DNA of 63,286 nucleotides, filler included, from Chiloscyllium plagiosum (taxonomy: Eukaryota): the NCBI RefSeq assembly GCF_004010195.1. It is 6 parts of one record of this genome, joined end to end, with 100 filler letters (N's around TTAATTAATTAA, not from the genome) between each part and the next. Parts side by side here need not be neighbours in the genome. Positions count along the whole stretch, not along the records: positions 8,454 to 22,553 come from NC_057717.1; positions 22,654 to 28,730 come from NC_057717.1; 4 more parts are not named here. The stretch is one strand, 5' to 3'. The position numbers were made by a program, and so were the translations under genes. This document shows positions 11,267-24,450 of the stretch, in pieces (the first letter of the stretch is position 1; every line of letters begins with the position of its first letter). The notes beneath the pieces are model-generated. The model did not search any database and was not told where the DNA came from. It saw nothing but the letters and a program-made list of their open reading frames with translations.

Positions 11267-11766
11267 NNNNNNNNNNNNNNNNNNNNNNNNNNNNNNNNNN
11301 NNNNNNNNNNNNNNNNNNNNNNNNNNNNNNNNNNNNNNNNNNNNNNNNNNNNNNNNNNNNNNNNNNNNNNNNNNNNNNNNNNNNNNNNNNNNNNNNNNNN
11401 NNNNNNNNNNNNNNNNNNNNNNNNNNNNNNNNNNNNNNNNNNNNNNNNNNNNNNNNNNNNNNNNNNNNNNNNNNNNNNNNNNNNNNNNNNNNNNNNNNNN
11501 NNNNNNNNNNNNNNNNNNNNNNNNNNNNNNNNNNNNNNNNNNNNNNNNNNNNNNNNNNNNNNNNNNNNNNNNNNNNNNNNNNNNNNNNNNNNNNNNNNNN
11601 NNNNNNNNNNNNNNNNNNNNNNNNNNNNNNNNNNNNNNNNNNNNNNNNNNNNNNNNNNNNNNNNNNNNNNNNNNNNNNNNNNNNNNNNNNNNNNNNNNNN
11701 NNNNNNNNNNNNNNNNNNNNNNNNNNNNNNNNNNNNNNNNNNNNNNNNNNNNNNNNNNNNNNNNNN
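11267..11766. other. 500-N scaffold gap (second one at 25224-25723)
   Basis: N run. Both gaps open at nearly the same homologous position (...GATGCACAGC) of the amplified module. Confidence 0.97.
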
Positions 11767-14700
11767 CACGTGGACAGTTGAATGCACTGGGGTGGTGTAT
11801 AGAGTCCGACATGCGGGGAGGGTAACTGGTCGAGGTTCACAGATCAATGCACTGGTGCTGTGTACACAGTCCCAAATGCGGGGAGGGTAACTGCTCCTGG
11901 TTTACAGATCAATGCAGTGGGGTGTTGTACAAATTTCTACTTGCAGGGAGGGTAACTGCTCCTGGTATACTGATCAATGCACTGGGGAGGTGTACACTGC
12001 CTTACATGCTGGGAGGGTAACTGCTCCTGGGTTAGAGATCAATGCAGTGGGGTGGTGTACACAATCCTACATGCTGGGAGGGTAACTGCTCCTGGTTTAC
12101 AGATCAATGCACTGGGATGGGGTACACAGTCCTACATGCTGGGAGGGTAACTGCTCCTTGTTTACAGATCAATGCACTGGGGTGGTATACACAGTCCTAC
12201 ACACTGGGAGAGTAACTGCTCCTGAGTTACAGATCAATGCACTGGGGTGGTATACACAGTCCTACACGCTGGGAGGGTAACTGCTAATGAGTTACAGATC
12301 AATGCACTGGGGTGGTGTACACAGTCCTATATTCTTGGAGGGTATCCGCTCCTTGTATACACATGAATGCTCTGGTATTCGGCACACAGCACTACATGCA
12401 GGGAGTGTAACTGCTCCACGCTTACAGATCAATGCACTAGGGTGGGATACACAGTCCTACATGCTGGAAGTGCATCTGTTCCTGGTTTACAGATCAATGC
12501 ACTAGGGTGCGGTACACAGTCCTACATGCTGGGAGGGTAATTGCTACTGGTTTACAGTTTAATGCAGTGGGTGGGGTACATAGTCCTACATGCTTGGAAT
12601 GTAGCTGCTCCACGTGTACATTTGAATGCACTGGGGTAGTGTACACAGCCCTACATGCTGGGAGGGTAACTGCTCGAGATTTACAGGTCAATGCACTGGG
12701 GTTGTGTTCACAGTCCTACATGCGGGGAGGGTAACTGCTCCTGGTTTACAGATCAATGCACTGGGGTGGTATACACAGTCCTACACGCTGGGAGGGTAAC
12801 TGCTCCTGAGTTACAGATCAATGCACTGGGGTGGTATACACAGTCCTACATGCTGGGAGGATAACTGCTAATGAGTTACAGATCAATGCACTGGGGTGGT
12901 GTACACAGTCCTATATTCTTGGAGGGTATCCGCTCCTTGTATACACATGAATGCACTAGTATTCGGCACACAGCACTACATGCAGGGAGTGTAACTGCTC
13001 CACGCTTACAGATCAATGCACTCGGGTGGGGCACACAGTCCTACATGCGGGGAGGGTAACTGCTCCTGGTTTACAGATCAATGCAGTGGGGTGGTGTACA
13101 AAGTTCTACATGCAACGAGTGTAACTGCTCCTGGTGTACAGATCAATGCAGTGGAGTGGTGTACACTGTCCTATATGGTGGGACTGTAACTGCTCCTCGC
13201 TTGCAGGTCAATGCAGTGGGGTGGTGTACACAGTCCTACATGCTGGGAGGGCAACTGATCCTCGTTTACAGATCACTGCACTGAGGTGGTATACACAATC
13301 CTACATGCTGGGAGGGTAAGTGCTCTTGGTATACAGATCAATGCACAGGGGTGGTGCACACAGTCCTATATTCTTCCAAGGTATCCGCTCCTTGTATACA
13401 CATGAATGCACTGGTGTTCGGCACACAGCACTACATGCAGGGAGTGTAACTGCTCCAAGCTGACAGATCAATGCACTGGGGTGGGATACACAGTCCTACA
13501 TGCTGGAAGTGCAACTGCTCCTCATTTACAGATCAATGCACTAGGGTGGGGCACACAGTCCTACATGCTGGGAGGGTAACTGCTCCAGGTTTACAGATCA
13601 ATGCAGTGGGGTGGTGTACAAAGTTCTACATGCAGGGAGGGTAAGTGCTCCTGGTACACAGATCAATGCAGTGGGGTGGTGTACACAGTCCTGCATGCTG
13701 GGAGGGTAACTGCTCGAGGTTTACAGATCAATGCAGTGGGGTTGTGTACACAGTCCTACATGCGGGGAGGGTAACTGCTCCTGGGTCCCAGATCAATGCA
13801 CTGGGGTGGTGTACGCAGTCCTACATGCTGGGAGGGTAACTGCTCCTGGGATACAGATCCATGCACTGGGGTGGTGTACACTGTCCTATATGGTGGGATG
13901 GTAACTGCTCCTGGTTTACAGATCAATGCAGTAGGGTGGTGTACACAGTCCTGCATGCTGGGAAGGTAACTGCTCCTGGTTTGCAGATCAATGCACTGGG
14001 GTGGTGTACACAGACTACATGCTTGGAGGGTAACTGCTCCTGGTTTGCAGATCAATGCACTGGGGTGGTACACACCGCTCTACATGCTGGTATGGTAACT
14101 GCTTGAGGTTTACATATTAATGCACTGGAGTGGGGTACATAGTCCTGCATGCGGGTAGAGTAACTGCTCCTGGTTTACACATCAATGCACTGGGGTGGTG
14201 TACATAGTCCTACATGCTGGTAGGGTAACTGCTCTTGGTTTACAGATCAATGCACTGGGGTGGTGTACACAGCTCTACGTGCTTGGAGTGTAGCTGCTCC
14301 ACGTGTACAGTTGAATGCACTGGGTAGTGTACACAGTCCTACATGCTGGGAGTGTAGCAGATGCTGGGTTACAGATCAATGCACTGGTGTGGTGTAGACA
14401 GTCCTACATGCTGGGAGGGTAACTGCTCCTGGTATAAAGATCAATGCAGTGGGGTGGTGTACACAGCTCTACATGCTGGGACGGCAACTGCTCTTGGTTT
14501 ACAGATCAATTGACTGGAGTGGGGTACACAGTCCTACATGCTTGGGGGGTAACTGCTCTTGGTTTACAGATAAATGCACTGGGGTTGCGTACACACTGTG
14601 TATGCGCTGTGAGTGTAACTGCTCCTGGGTTGCAGATCAATGCTCTGGGGTGGTGTACGCAGTCCTACATGCTGGGAGGGTAACTGCTCCTGGGATACAG

Positions 14701-17700
14701 ATCCATGCACTGGGGTGGTGTACACAGTCCTACACATGGGGAGGGTGACTGCTCCTGCTTTACAGATCAATGCACTGAGGTGTGAACACAGTCCTGCATG
14801 CTGGGAGGTTAACTGCTCTTGGTTTACAGATCATTGCACTAGGGTGGTGTACACAGCGCTACATGCAGGGAGGGTAACTGATCCTGGATTACAGATCAAT
14901 GCACTGGGGTACTGTACACAGTCCTACATGCTTGGAGAGTATCTGCTCCTGGTTTACAGATGAACACACTGGGGTTCCGTACACAGCTCTCCATGCAGTG
15001 ATGGTAACTGTTCCGGATGTACTGATAAATGCACTGGGGTAGTGCTCTCAGCTCTACTTGCCGGGAGGGTAGTTGCTGCTGGGTTACAGATAAATGAACT
15101 GGGGTGGTGTACACAGTCCTACACGTTGGAAGGGTAACTGCTCCTGGGTTATAGATAAATGCACTTGTGTGGTGTACGCAGTCCTACATGTTGGAATGGT
15201 ATCTGCCCCAAGTTTATCAATCAATGCACTGGGGTGGTGTACACAGTCCTACACGCTGGGAGGGTATCTGCTCCTGGTTTACATATCATTGAACTGGGGT
15301 GGTGTACACAGTCCTACATTCTGGGAGGGTAACTGCTCCTGGTTTATCAATCAATGCACTCGGCTGGGGTACACAGCTCTACATGCTGAGAGTGTAGCTG
15401 CTCCACATGTACAGTTGAATGCACTGGGGTAGTGTACACAATCTTACACGCTGGGAGTGTAGCTGCTGCTGAGTTACAAATCAAGGCACTGGTGCAGTGT
15501 ATACTGTCCTACATGCTGGGAGGGTAACTGCTCGAGGTTTAAAGATCAATGCACTGGGGTTGTGTACACTGTCCTACATGTGGGGAGGGTAAGTGCTCCT
15601 GGTTTACAGATCAATGCAGTGGGGTCGTGAACAAAGTTCTACATGCAGGGAGGGTAACTGCTCCTGGTATACAGATCAATGCAGTGGGGTGGTGTACACT
15701 GTCCTATATGGTGGGACGGTAACTGCTCCTGGCTTACAGGTCAATGCAGTGGGATGGTGTACACAGTTCTACATGCTGGGAGGGTAACTGCATGTCGTTT
15801 ACAGATCAATGCACTGGGGTGGTATACACAGTCCTATATTCTTGGAGGGTATCCGCTCCTTGTATACACATGAATGCACTTGTGTTCGGCAAACAGCAGG
15901 GAGTGTAACTGCTCCAAGCTGACAGATCAATGCACTGGGGTGGGATACACAGTCCAACATGCTGCGAGGGGAACTGCTCCTGGTTTACAGATCAATGCAG
16001 TGGGGTAGTGTAGGAAGTTCTACATGCGGGGAGGGTAACTGCTCCTGGTATACAGATCAATGCACTGGGGTGGTGTACACAGTCCTGCATGCTGGGAGGT
16101 TAAATGCTCCTGGTTTAAAGATCAATGCACTGGGGTGGGGTACAAAGCTCTACATGCTTGGAGTGTAGCTGCTCCACGTACAGTTGAATGCATAGGGGTA
16201 GTGTACACAGTCCTACATGCTTGGAGTGTAGCTGCTCCACGTGTACAGTTGAATGCACTGGGGTAGTGTACACTGCCCTACATGCTGAGAGGGTAACTGC
16301 TCGAGGTATACAGATCAATGCAGTGGGGTGGTGTACAAAGTTCTACATGCAACGAGTGTAACTGCTCCTGGTGTACAGATCAAGGCACTGGAGTGGTGTA
16401 CACTGTCCTATATGGTGGGACGGTAACTCCTCCTGAGTTACAGATCAATGCAGTCGGGTGGTGCACAGTCCTACATGCTGGGAGGGCAACTGATCCTCGT
16501 TTACAGATCAATGCACTGAGGTGGTATGCACAGTCCTACATGCTGGGAGGGTAAGTGCTCTTGGTATACAGATCAATGCACTGGGGTGGTGTACACAGTC
16601 CTATATTCTTGCAAGGTATCCGCTCCTTGTACACACATGAATGTACTGGTGTTCGGCACACAGCACTACATGCAGGGAGTGTAACTGCTCCAAGCTGACA
16701 GATCTACGCACTGGGGTTGTGTACACAGTCCTACATGCTGGGAGGGTAACTGCTCGAGGTTTACAGATCAATGCACTGGGGTTGTGTACACAGTCCTACA
16801 TGCGGGGAGGGTAACTGCTCCTGGGTTCCAGATCAATGCACTGGGGTGGGGTACACAACTCTTCTTGTTGTGAGGGTTACTGCTCCTGGCTTACAGATCA
16901 ATGCAGTGGGGTGGTGTACAAAATTCTACATCTGGGGAGGGTATCCGCGCCCTGTATACACATGAATGCACTGGTGTTCATCACACAGCACTATATGCAG
17001 GGAGTGTAACTGCTCCAAGCTTACAGATCAATGCAATGGGGTGGGGGACACAGCTCCACATAGTTGGAATGTAGCTGCTCCACGTGTACAGTTGAATACA
17101 CTGGGTTGGTGTATACAGTCCTACATGCGGGGAGGGTAACTGTTCATGGTTTGCAGATCAATGCGCTGGGGTGGGGTACACAGTCCTACACGCTGGGAGG
17201 GTAACTGCTCCTGGTTTTCAGATCAATGCACTGGGGGCGTGTACATAGTCCTGCATGCTGGTATGGTAACTGCTCCAGGTTTACATATTAATGCACTGGG
17301 GGCGTGTACATAGTCCTGCATGCTGGTAGGGTAACTGCTCGAGGTTTACAGATCAATGCACTGGGGTGGGGAACACAGCTCTACGTGCTTGGAGTGTAGC
17401 TGCTCCACGTGTACAGTTGAATGCACTGGGTAGTGTACACAGTCCGACATGCTGGGAGTGTAGCAGCTGCTGGGTTACTGATCAATGCACTGGTGTGGTG
17501 TAGACAGTCCTACATGCGGGGAGGGTAACTGCTCCTGGTTTACCGATCAATGCAGTGGGGTGGTGTACAAAGTTCTACATGCAACAAGTGTAACTGCTCC
17601 TGTTATAAAGATCAATGCAGTGGGGTGGTGTACACTGTCCTATTTGGTGGGAAGGTAAATGCTCCTGGCTTGCAGGTCAATGCAGTGGGGTGGTATACAC

Positions 17701-20700
17701 AATCCTACATGCTGGGAGGGTAATTGCTCTTGGTATACAGGTCAATTCACTGGGGTAGGGTACACAGTCCTATATACTTGCAGGATATCCGCTCCTCGTA
17801 TACACAGCACTACATGCAGGGAGTGTAACTGCTCCAAGCTTACAGATCAATGCACTGGGGTGGGGTACACAGTTCTACATGCTTGGAGTGTAGCTGCTCC
17901 ACGTGTACAGTTCAATGCACTGGGGTGGTGTACACAGTCCTACATGCGGGGATGGTAACTGCTCCTGGTTTACAGATCAATGCAGTAGGGTGGTGTACAA
18001 AGTTCTACATGCGGGGAGGTAACTGCTCCTGGTTTACAGATCAATGCAGTGGGGTGGTGTACACAGTCCTGCATGCTGGGAGGGTAACTGCTCCTGGTTC
18101 AATTATCAATGCAGTGGGGTGGTGTACACAGTCCTACATGCGGAGAGGGTAACTGCTCCTCGTTTACAGATCAATGCACTGGGGTGGTATACACAGTCCT
18201 ACATGCTGGGAGGGTAACTACTCCTGGTTTACACATCAATGCACTGGTGTGGTGTTCACAGTACTACATGCTGGTAGGGTAACTGCTCCACGTGTACAGT
18301 TGAATGCACTGGCGTCGTGTACACAGTCCAACATGCTGGGAGTGTAGCTGCTGCTGGGTTACTGATCAAGGCACTGGTGTGGTGTATACAGTCCTACATG
18401 CTGGGAGGGTAACTACTCGAGGTTTACAGATCAATGTACTGGGGTTGTGTACACAGTCCTACATGCAGGGAGGGTAACTGCTCATGGTTTACAGATCAAT
18501 GCACTGGGGTGGTGTACACTGTCCTATATGGTGGAACGGTAACTGCTTCTGGCTTACAGATCAATGCAGTGGGGGAGCGGGGGGTGTACACAGGCCTACA
18601 TGCTGGGAGGGTAACTCCTAGTTTACAGATCAATACAGTGGTGTGGTGTACGCAGTACTACATGCTGGGAGGGTAAGTGCTCCTGGTATACAGATAAATG
18701 CAATGGGCTGGGGTACACAGTCCTATATTCTTGGAGGGTATACGCTCCTTGTATACACATGAATGCACTGGTGTTCGACACACAGCACTACATGCAGGGA
18801 GTGCAACTGATCCAAGCTTCCAGATCAATGCACTGGGGTCGGGTCCACAGTCCTACATGCGGGAAGGGTACCTGCTCCTGGTTTACAGATCAATGCAGTG
18901 GGGTGGTGTATACAGTCCTACATGCTGGGAGGGTAACTGCTCGAGGTTTACAGATAAATGTACTGGGGTTGTGTACACAGTCCTACATGCGGGAAGGGTA
19001 TTTGCTCCTGGTTTACAGATCAATGCAGTGGGGTGGTGTACAAAGTTCAACATGCGGGGAGGGTAACTGCTCCTGGTAGACAGATCAATGCACTGGGGTG
19101 GTGTACACTGTCCTATATGGTGGGTGGGTAAGTGCTCCTCATTTACAGACCAATGCACTGGGTTGGTGTACACAGTCCTACATGCTGGGAGGGTAACTGC
19201 GTCTGGTTTACAGATCAATGCACTGGGGTAGTGAACACAGTCCTACATGCTGGGAGGTTAAATGCTCCTGGTTTACAGATCAATGCACTGGGGTGGAGTA
19301 CACAGTCGTACATGCTGGGATAGTAACTGCTCCTGGATTGCAGATCAATGCATTGGGGTGGTGTACACTGTTCTACATGCTGGGAGGTTAAATGCTCCTC
19401 GTTTACAGATCAAAGCACTGGGGTGGTGTACACAGTCGTGCATGCTGGGTGGGTAATTGCTTCTGGTTTACAGATCAATGCACTGGGGTGGCGTACACAG
19501 ACTACATACTCGGAGGGTAACTGCTCCTGGATTGCAGATCAATGCACTGGGGTGGTGTACACAGTCCCACATGCTGGGAGTGTAACTGTTCTTGGTTAAA
19601 AAACAATGGACTGGTGTGGTGTACGCAGTCGTACATGCGGAGTGGGTAACTGCTCCTGTTTTGCAGATCAATGCACTGGGGTGGTGTACACAGTAGTACA
19701 TGCTGGGAGGGTAACTGCTCTTGGTTTACATAGCAATGCACTGGTGTGGTGTACGCAGTCCTACATGCGGAGTGGGTAACTGCTCCAGGTTTACGGATCA
19801 ATGCACTGGGTGGTGGACACAGTCGTACATGCGGAGTGGATAACTGCTTCTGGTTTACAGATCAATTCACTGGGGTCTTATACACAGTGCTACTTGCTGG
19901 CAGGGTAACTGCTCCTGGTTTACAGTTCAATGCACTGTGATGGGGTACATAGTCCCAAATACTGGGACGGTAACTGCTGGTGGCTTTCGGATCAATATTC
20001 TGGGTTGGTGTACACAGTCTTACATGCTGGGATGGTAACTGCTCCTGGTTTACAAACCAACGCACGGGGGGTGGGGTACACAGCTCTACGTGCTGGAAGG
20101 TTAACTGTTCCTAGTTTACAGATCAATGCAGTGGGGTGGTGAACACAGTCCTAAATGCTGGGAAGGTAACTGCTCCTGGTTTGCATATCAATGCACAGGG
20201 GTGGGATACACAGTCCTACATGCTAGGAGGGTAACTGCTCCTGGTTTACATATCAATGCACTGGGGTGTTGTACACAGTCCTAAATGCTGGGAGGTGAAC
20301 GGCTCCTGGTTTACAGATCAAAGCACTGGGTTGGTGTGCATAATCCTACATTCGGGGAGGGTAACTGCTCCTGGTTTACACATCAATGCACTGCGGTGGG
20401 GTACACAGCCCAACATGCTGGGAGGGTAACTGCTCTTGGTTTTCAGATCAATGCACTGACGTGGTGTACACAGTCCTATATGCAGGAGGGTAACTGCTCC
20501 TGGGTTTCAGATCAATGCATTGGGATGGTGTACACAGTTCTACATGGTGGGAGGGTAACTGCTCCTGGTTTACAGATCAATGCACTGGGGTGGTGTACAC
20601 AGTCCTACATTCTGAGAGTGTGACGGCTAATGGTCTACAGATCAATGCACTGGAGTGGGGTACAAGGTCCTACATGCTCAGAGGGTAACTGCGCCTCTTT

Positions 20701-20940
20701 TACTGATTAATTCACGGTGATTACTGCACTGTTCGCTGTGATGGTCAGACTAACTGGTTGAGGTTCATTGATAATGCAATGGTGCAGTCCGTGCAGCTCC
20801 ACATACTGAATCGATATTTCTTCAGGTTCACACATTAGTGCACTGCTGAATTCTGCAGAGCTCCCGGTGCTGGACAGATATCTGGTCCGGATTTATAGAA
20901 CAATGCACTGCTGTGGTCTACACAGCTCCCCGTATTCCTG
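11767..20940 (+). repeat. 65-bp satellite/minisatellite array, ~9 kb (~135-140 units), degenerate beyond ~20700
   Basis: Consensus CTGGGAGGGTAACTGCTCCTGGTTTACAGATCAATGCACTGGGGTGGTGTACACAGTCCTACATG, with recurrent variant monomers. Confidence 0.97.
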
Positions 20941-21099
20941 TGTAGCAGCTTTGAAATGCTGAATGTTCCCTTCCATTTCCTATGTTACAGGTATGAGAGA
21001 ATAAAAGATCTGCTCCAATCGCTGAGTAACAGCCTCCAATGGGCGAATGGCCTTATTCTGTTCCTGTGTAAAACTCTTGATGGGCTGAATAGCCTGCTT

Positions 21100-21940
21100 C
21101 AGTATCGGTGCAGTTGTGAATGGTGCTGACTATTTTGAACCCATCAGTGAATAGGCCACTTCTGACTTTATGATGGAGGGAGGGCCATTGATGCTGCAGC
21201 TGTTACTAACCCACAGTGCCTCATGGATGGCCAGTTTCCATATGCTCAGTCCTTTGGAAGTATGTCCTACCTCACAGGAGGGAGTGCCACATCACACAGT
21301 GAGCAGGACGCCGAATATGATTTATCTCTCCATCCCGGAGTCTCTCAGCCTCATTCGTGATGAAGGTCTGCTGCCCGAAACGGTGATTTTCCTGCTCCTC
21401 GATGCTGCCTGACCTGCTGTGCTTTTCTAGCAACACACTAATCTTGAGTATGTCAAATATGAGGCTGACACTTTCCCTCCACCAGGACTGTGTGCAGGTT
21501 GCTCCTACAGATACTGTCAGGGACAGATCCATCTGGGACAAGGAGTTTGGTGAGAATGTTTCCCCCAGTCTGGCTGTTGTATATTGAAGCCTGTCCCTAC
21601 TCAGGCTGCGGTGGGCCTGTGGGGACACTCCTGGTGATGGACATTGAAGTCCCACACCCAGAGGATGGTCTGTCTCCTTATCACCATCAGTGCTTCCTCT
21701 GATTTGTTTCCAACATCGAGGGGAACTGATTTATCACCGAGGGGAGGGGTGGGGAGCAGTAGATAACCACCCTCAGACGATTTCCTTGACCATGATCTGT
21801 TACCATGAGATTTCCTGGGTTCTGGAATCATGTTCGGGAATTGCAGGGTAACTCCTTCCCTGACTGTACCCCAGGGAGTCCCCATCACTGGTGGGTCTCT
21901 CCTGCCGGTGGGGTGGTGATGGGGTTTCATGAAACATTCT
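21100..21940 (-). mobile_element. Old CR1/L2-group LINE relic (APE domain) containing a Penelope-type fragment at ~21335-21445
   Basis: EEALMVIRRQTILWVWDFNVHHQEC resembles the APE GDFN motif. Mirror copy at 30500-31335. Confidence 0.65.
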
Positions 21941-21946
21941 GGGTGA

Positions 21947-22275
21947 GCACGGTGGCACAGTGGTTAGCACTGCTGCCTCACAGCGCCAGAGACCAGGGTT
22001 CAATTCCCGCCTCAGGTGACTGACTGTGTAGAGTTTGCACATTCTCCCCGTGTCTGTGTGGGTTTCGTCTGGGTGGTCCGGGTGTTTCCTCCCACAGTCC
22101 AAAGATGTGCAGGTTAAGTGAATTGGCCATGGGAAATTGTCCATAGGGTTCGGTGAAGGGGTAAATGTAGGAGAATGCGTCTGGGTGGGTTGGTCTTCGG
22201 CGGGTCGGTGTGGACTTGTTGAGCCGAAGGGCTTATTTCCACACTGTAAGTAATATAATATAATCTAATCTAAAT
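21947..22275 (+). mobile_element. HE1-like tRNA-derived SINE, near full length
   Basis: A-box TGGCACAGTGG, B-box GGTTCAATTCC, conserved core, CR1-like 3' end and (TAATC/TAATA)n tail. Confidence 0.9.
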
Positions 22276-22329
22276 TATCCAATCAGGCCTGAGCCTGTGA
22301 GTATAACGGTGTCGGACTGTTTCCTGACT

Positions 22330-22553
22330 GGGACCGTGGTGCTGGAAAAGCACAGCAGGTCAGGCAGCATTCGAGGACCATGGGAAAGAATGTTTCAGGC
22401 TTAGTCCCTTCATCAGGAATGAGGCTTGTGGGCAGAGGGTCTGAGAGATAAATGGGAGGGGGCTGGGCAGGAGCTGGGGCTGGGGGGAAGGGAGCTGGGA
22501 ATGTGATCGGGAGATGGAGATGGGGGAGAGGTGATAGGTCAGAGAGGATGGGG
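22330..22553 (-). mobile_element. Penelope-type repeat fragment with a degenerate hammerhead core
   Basis: The minus strand reads CCTGATGAAGGGACTAAGCCTGAAACATTC...GCTGCCTGACCTGCTGTGCTTTTCCAGCACCAC. Same family as 43770-44070 and 56812-56940. Confidence 0.65.
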
Positions 22554-22653
22554 NNNNNNNNNNNNNNNNNNNNNNNNNNNNNNNNNNNNNNNNNNNNTTA
22601 ATTAATTAANNNNNNNNNNNNNNNNNNNNNNNNNNNNNNNNNNNNNNNNNNNN

Positions 22654-23161
22654 GAACACCCCCTGGTTTTGTGATGTAACGGACGCTGTTGTATTCTCCA
22701 GTTTCTGGGTCACAATCGAGTTCCTCCACCACATTCTAACCCCGTGTGTCCCATTTCTCCTGGTTCTGCTGCTCAATGTTCTCACCGTCAGACACATTGT
22801 GGTGACCAGCAGAGCCCGCAGGAGACTCCGCGCTCACAGCATTGGGGACGCTCAGTCTGACACAGAAATGAGAAACCGAAAAAAGTCTATCATTTTAGTA
22901 TTTGTGATCTCGGCCAATTTCATCCTGTTATGGTCAACGTTAATGCTGTATTTTATATGGTACCGGATGTATAATATTGGGTATGCATCTGTGTATCTCC
23001 ATCCCCTTGTGCAAGAATTGGGTTTCATGCTGCAGCTCCTCAGTTGCTGCACAAACACCGCGATTTATGCCGTGACCCAGACTAAGTTCAGGCAGCAGCT
23101 GAAGAATGTGCTGAAATATCCCTTCACCCAAATACATCCTTCAATCAAATTCCCGCATTAA
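22654..23161 (+). CDS. GPR139/GPR142-like GPCR, amplicon copy 2 (partial exon 2, ECL2 to C-terminus)
   Basis: Open from the spacer: NTPWFCDVTDAVVFSSFWVTIEFLHHILTPCVPF...LLSCCTNTAIY...KFPH*. By my count it has 18 aa differences from copy 1 over 168 aa. Confidence 0.9.
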
Positions 23162-24243
23162 TCAATCCATCCGGGATTTTCTCATTTCACTCCAGTGTTT
23201 CAGTGGTGGAGCAGCCTGTCACTGTGGTAACATAGTGAGGGTAGCGCTGGTTTGTCCATCCTTATCCCCCAGGGGTTACAGGGACACATTTCAATGTTTC
23301 TCACAATTCAGGGGCCAGTGAGAAAAGGCACCATCCCACTGACTGTATCCATCACTTCCATTTGTAAACAATAAAAATGTTGATTAAAGTGTGCCGAGCA
23401 GCAGAGTGAACGAAGTTGTTGTGTGTCTTTGTGTTGGAGAAGCTGAGCTGGAGAGAGACAGACTCAGCCCCAAGTCCTGGTCCTCAGGGAAGGGGAAGGC
23501 ATCGCGCCCTGAGATCAGGAGCTGGGTTAAACTCCCTCTGCCCCCCCACTCCAACCTGACCTCCAAGTTTCCTCTCCCCTACTCTTTCTCCTTGTTTACA
23601 CGTAAATATTACTGTGCATCAAACTATCTCGGTTTATTTAATTTTTTTTTGTATGGGGACTGTTTGTTTTGTTGTGGATGGGAAGTGTCCATGTTTATAT
23701 TTAAATCCTGTTTTGTTTTGGAGAATTTAATGCTTTTTCATAAATATTGTTGTGCATTGGAATTGATATGAATTATATCCCAGACCACAACAACTTGCTG
23801 TATCAAAACATCCCTTGATACCTTTTGCTCAATTCGATGGGCCCTGATATCATCAGCAACAGCACATTTGCCTTGTGTGTCAGAGAGAGTAGTTGCATTT
23901 CACTTAAACCCTACCTCAATAAGAAGTGATTAATCAAAGAAACGACATGTTTTTACAGTTCAACCAAGTAAATTAAAATTTTGTACAAAGTTAGAAAGAT
24001 AGAATAATCTGCAGTGTATATGTCCATTCTGTTTCCCTTCAGTGTTAAAAATCACACAAGACCAGGTGTGATTTTTAACTCTGTACACCCCAATCCAACA
24101 CCGGCATCTCCAAATCATCCCTTCAGTGTTGTTATGGATTTGTTTGGACTGGGAACAGGGACTGCTGTTTAGAAATAATTGAATGAACAACAAAAAGGAA
24201 TTTTTAAAAAAAATTCCCTGGAATTTCTGCGAAGCTTCTGAAG

Positions 24244-24450
24244 TCTGCTCTGACCCCACTAGAGGGCAGACTATTGTAAACTCCCTATGGAGCAGTCAGA
24301 CAGACTCGCAGCAATGTGCTCTGACCCCACGAGAGGACAGAATATTGTAAACTCACCATGGAGCAGTCAGACAGGCACACAGCAAGGTGCTCTGACCCCA
24401 CTAGAGGGCAGACTATTGCAAACTCCCCATGGAGCAGTCAGGCAGATTCT
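24244..24450 (+). promoter_or_regulatory. 71-bp tandem repeat (3 units) with CTCF-like motifs
   Basis: CCACTAGAGGGCAG at 24256-24269 and 24398-24411; degenerate CCACGAGAGGACAG at 24327-24340. Confidence 0.6.

Noticed and set aside
11134..11890. Long ORFs spanning the 500-N gaps (also 25185-26027)
   Set aside because: These are artefacts of translating N runs.
11767..20940. CRISPR-like array, zinc-finger array, or ribozyme-bearing satellite
   Set aside because: The units are wholly repetitive with no unique spacers and no cas genes. The period is 65 rather than 84 and there is no C2H2 pattern. No CTGANGA/GAAA core is present in the unit on either strand.
11767..20940. V(D)J recombination signals (CACAGTC resembles the heptamer CACAGTG)
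   Set aside because: There is no nonamer-like sequence at 12- or 23-nt spacing, and no Ig or TCR segments in the window.
21947..22020. tRNA gene
   Set aside because: The A and B boxes are followed by the SINE core and a LINE-like tail, so this is a SINE head.
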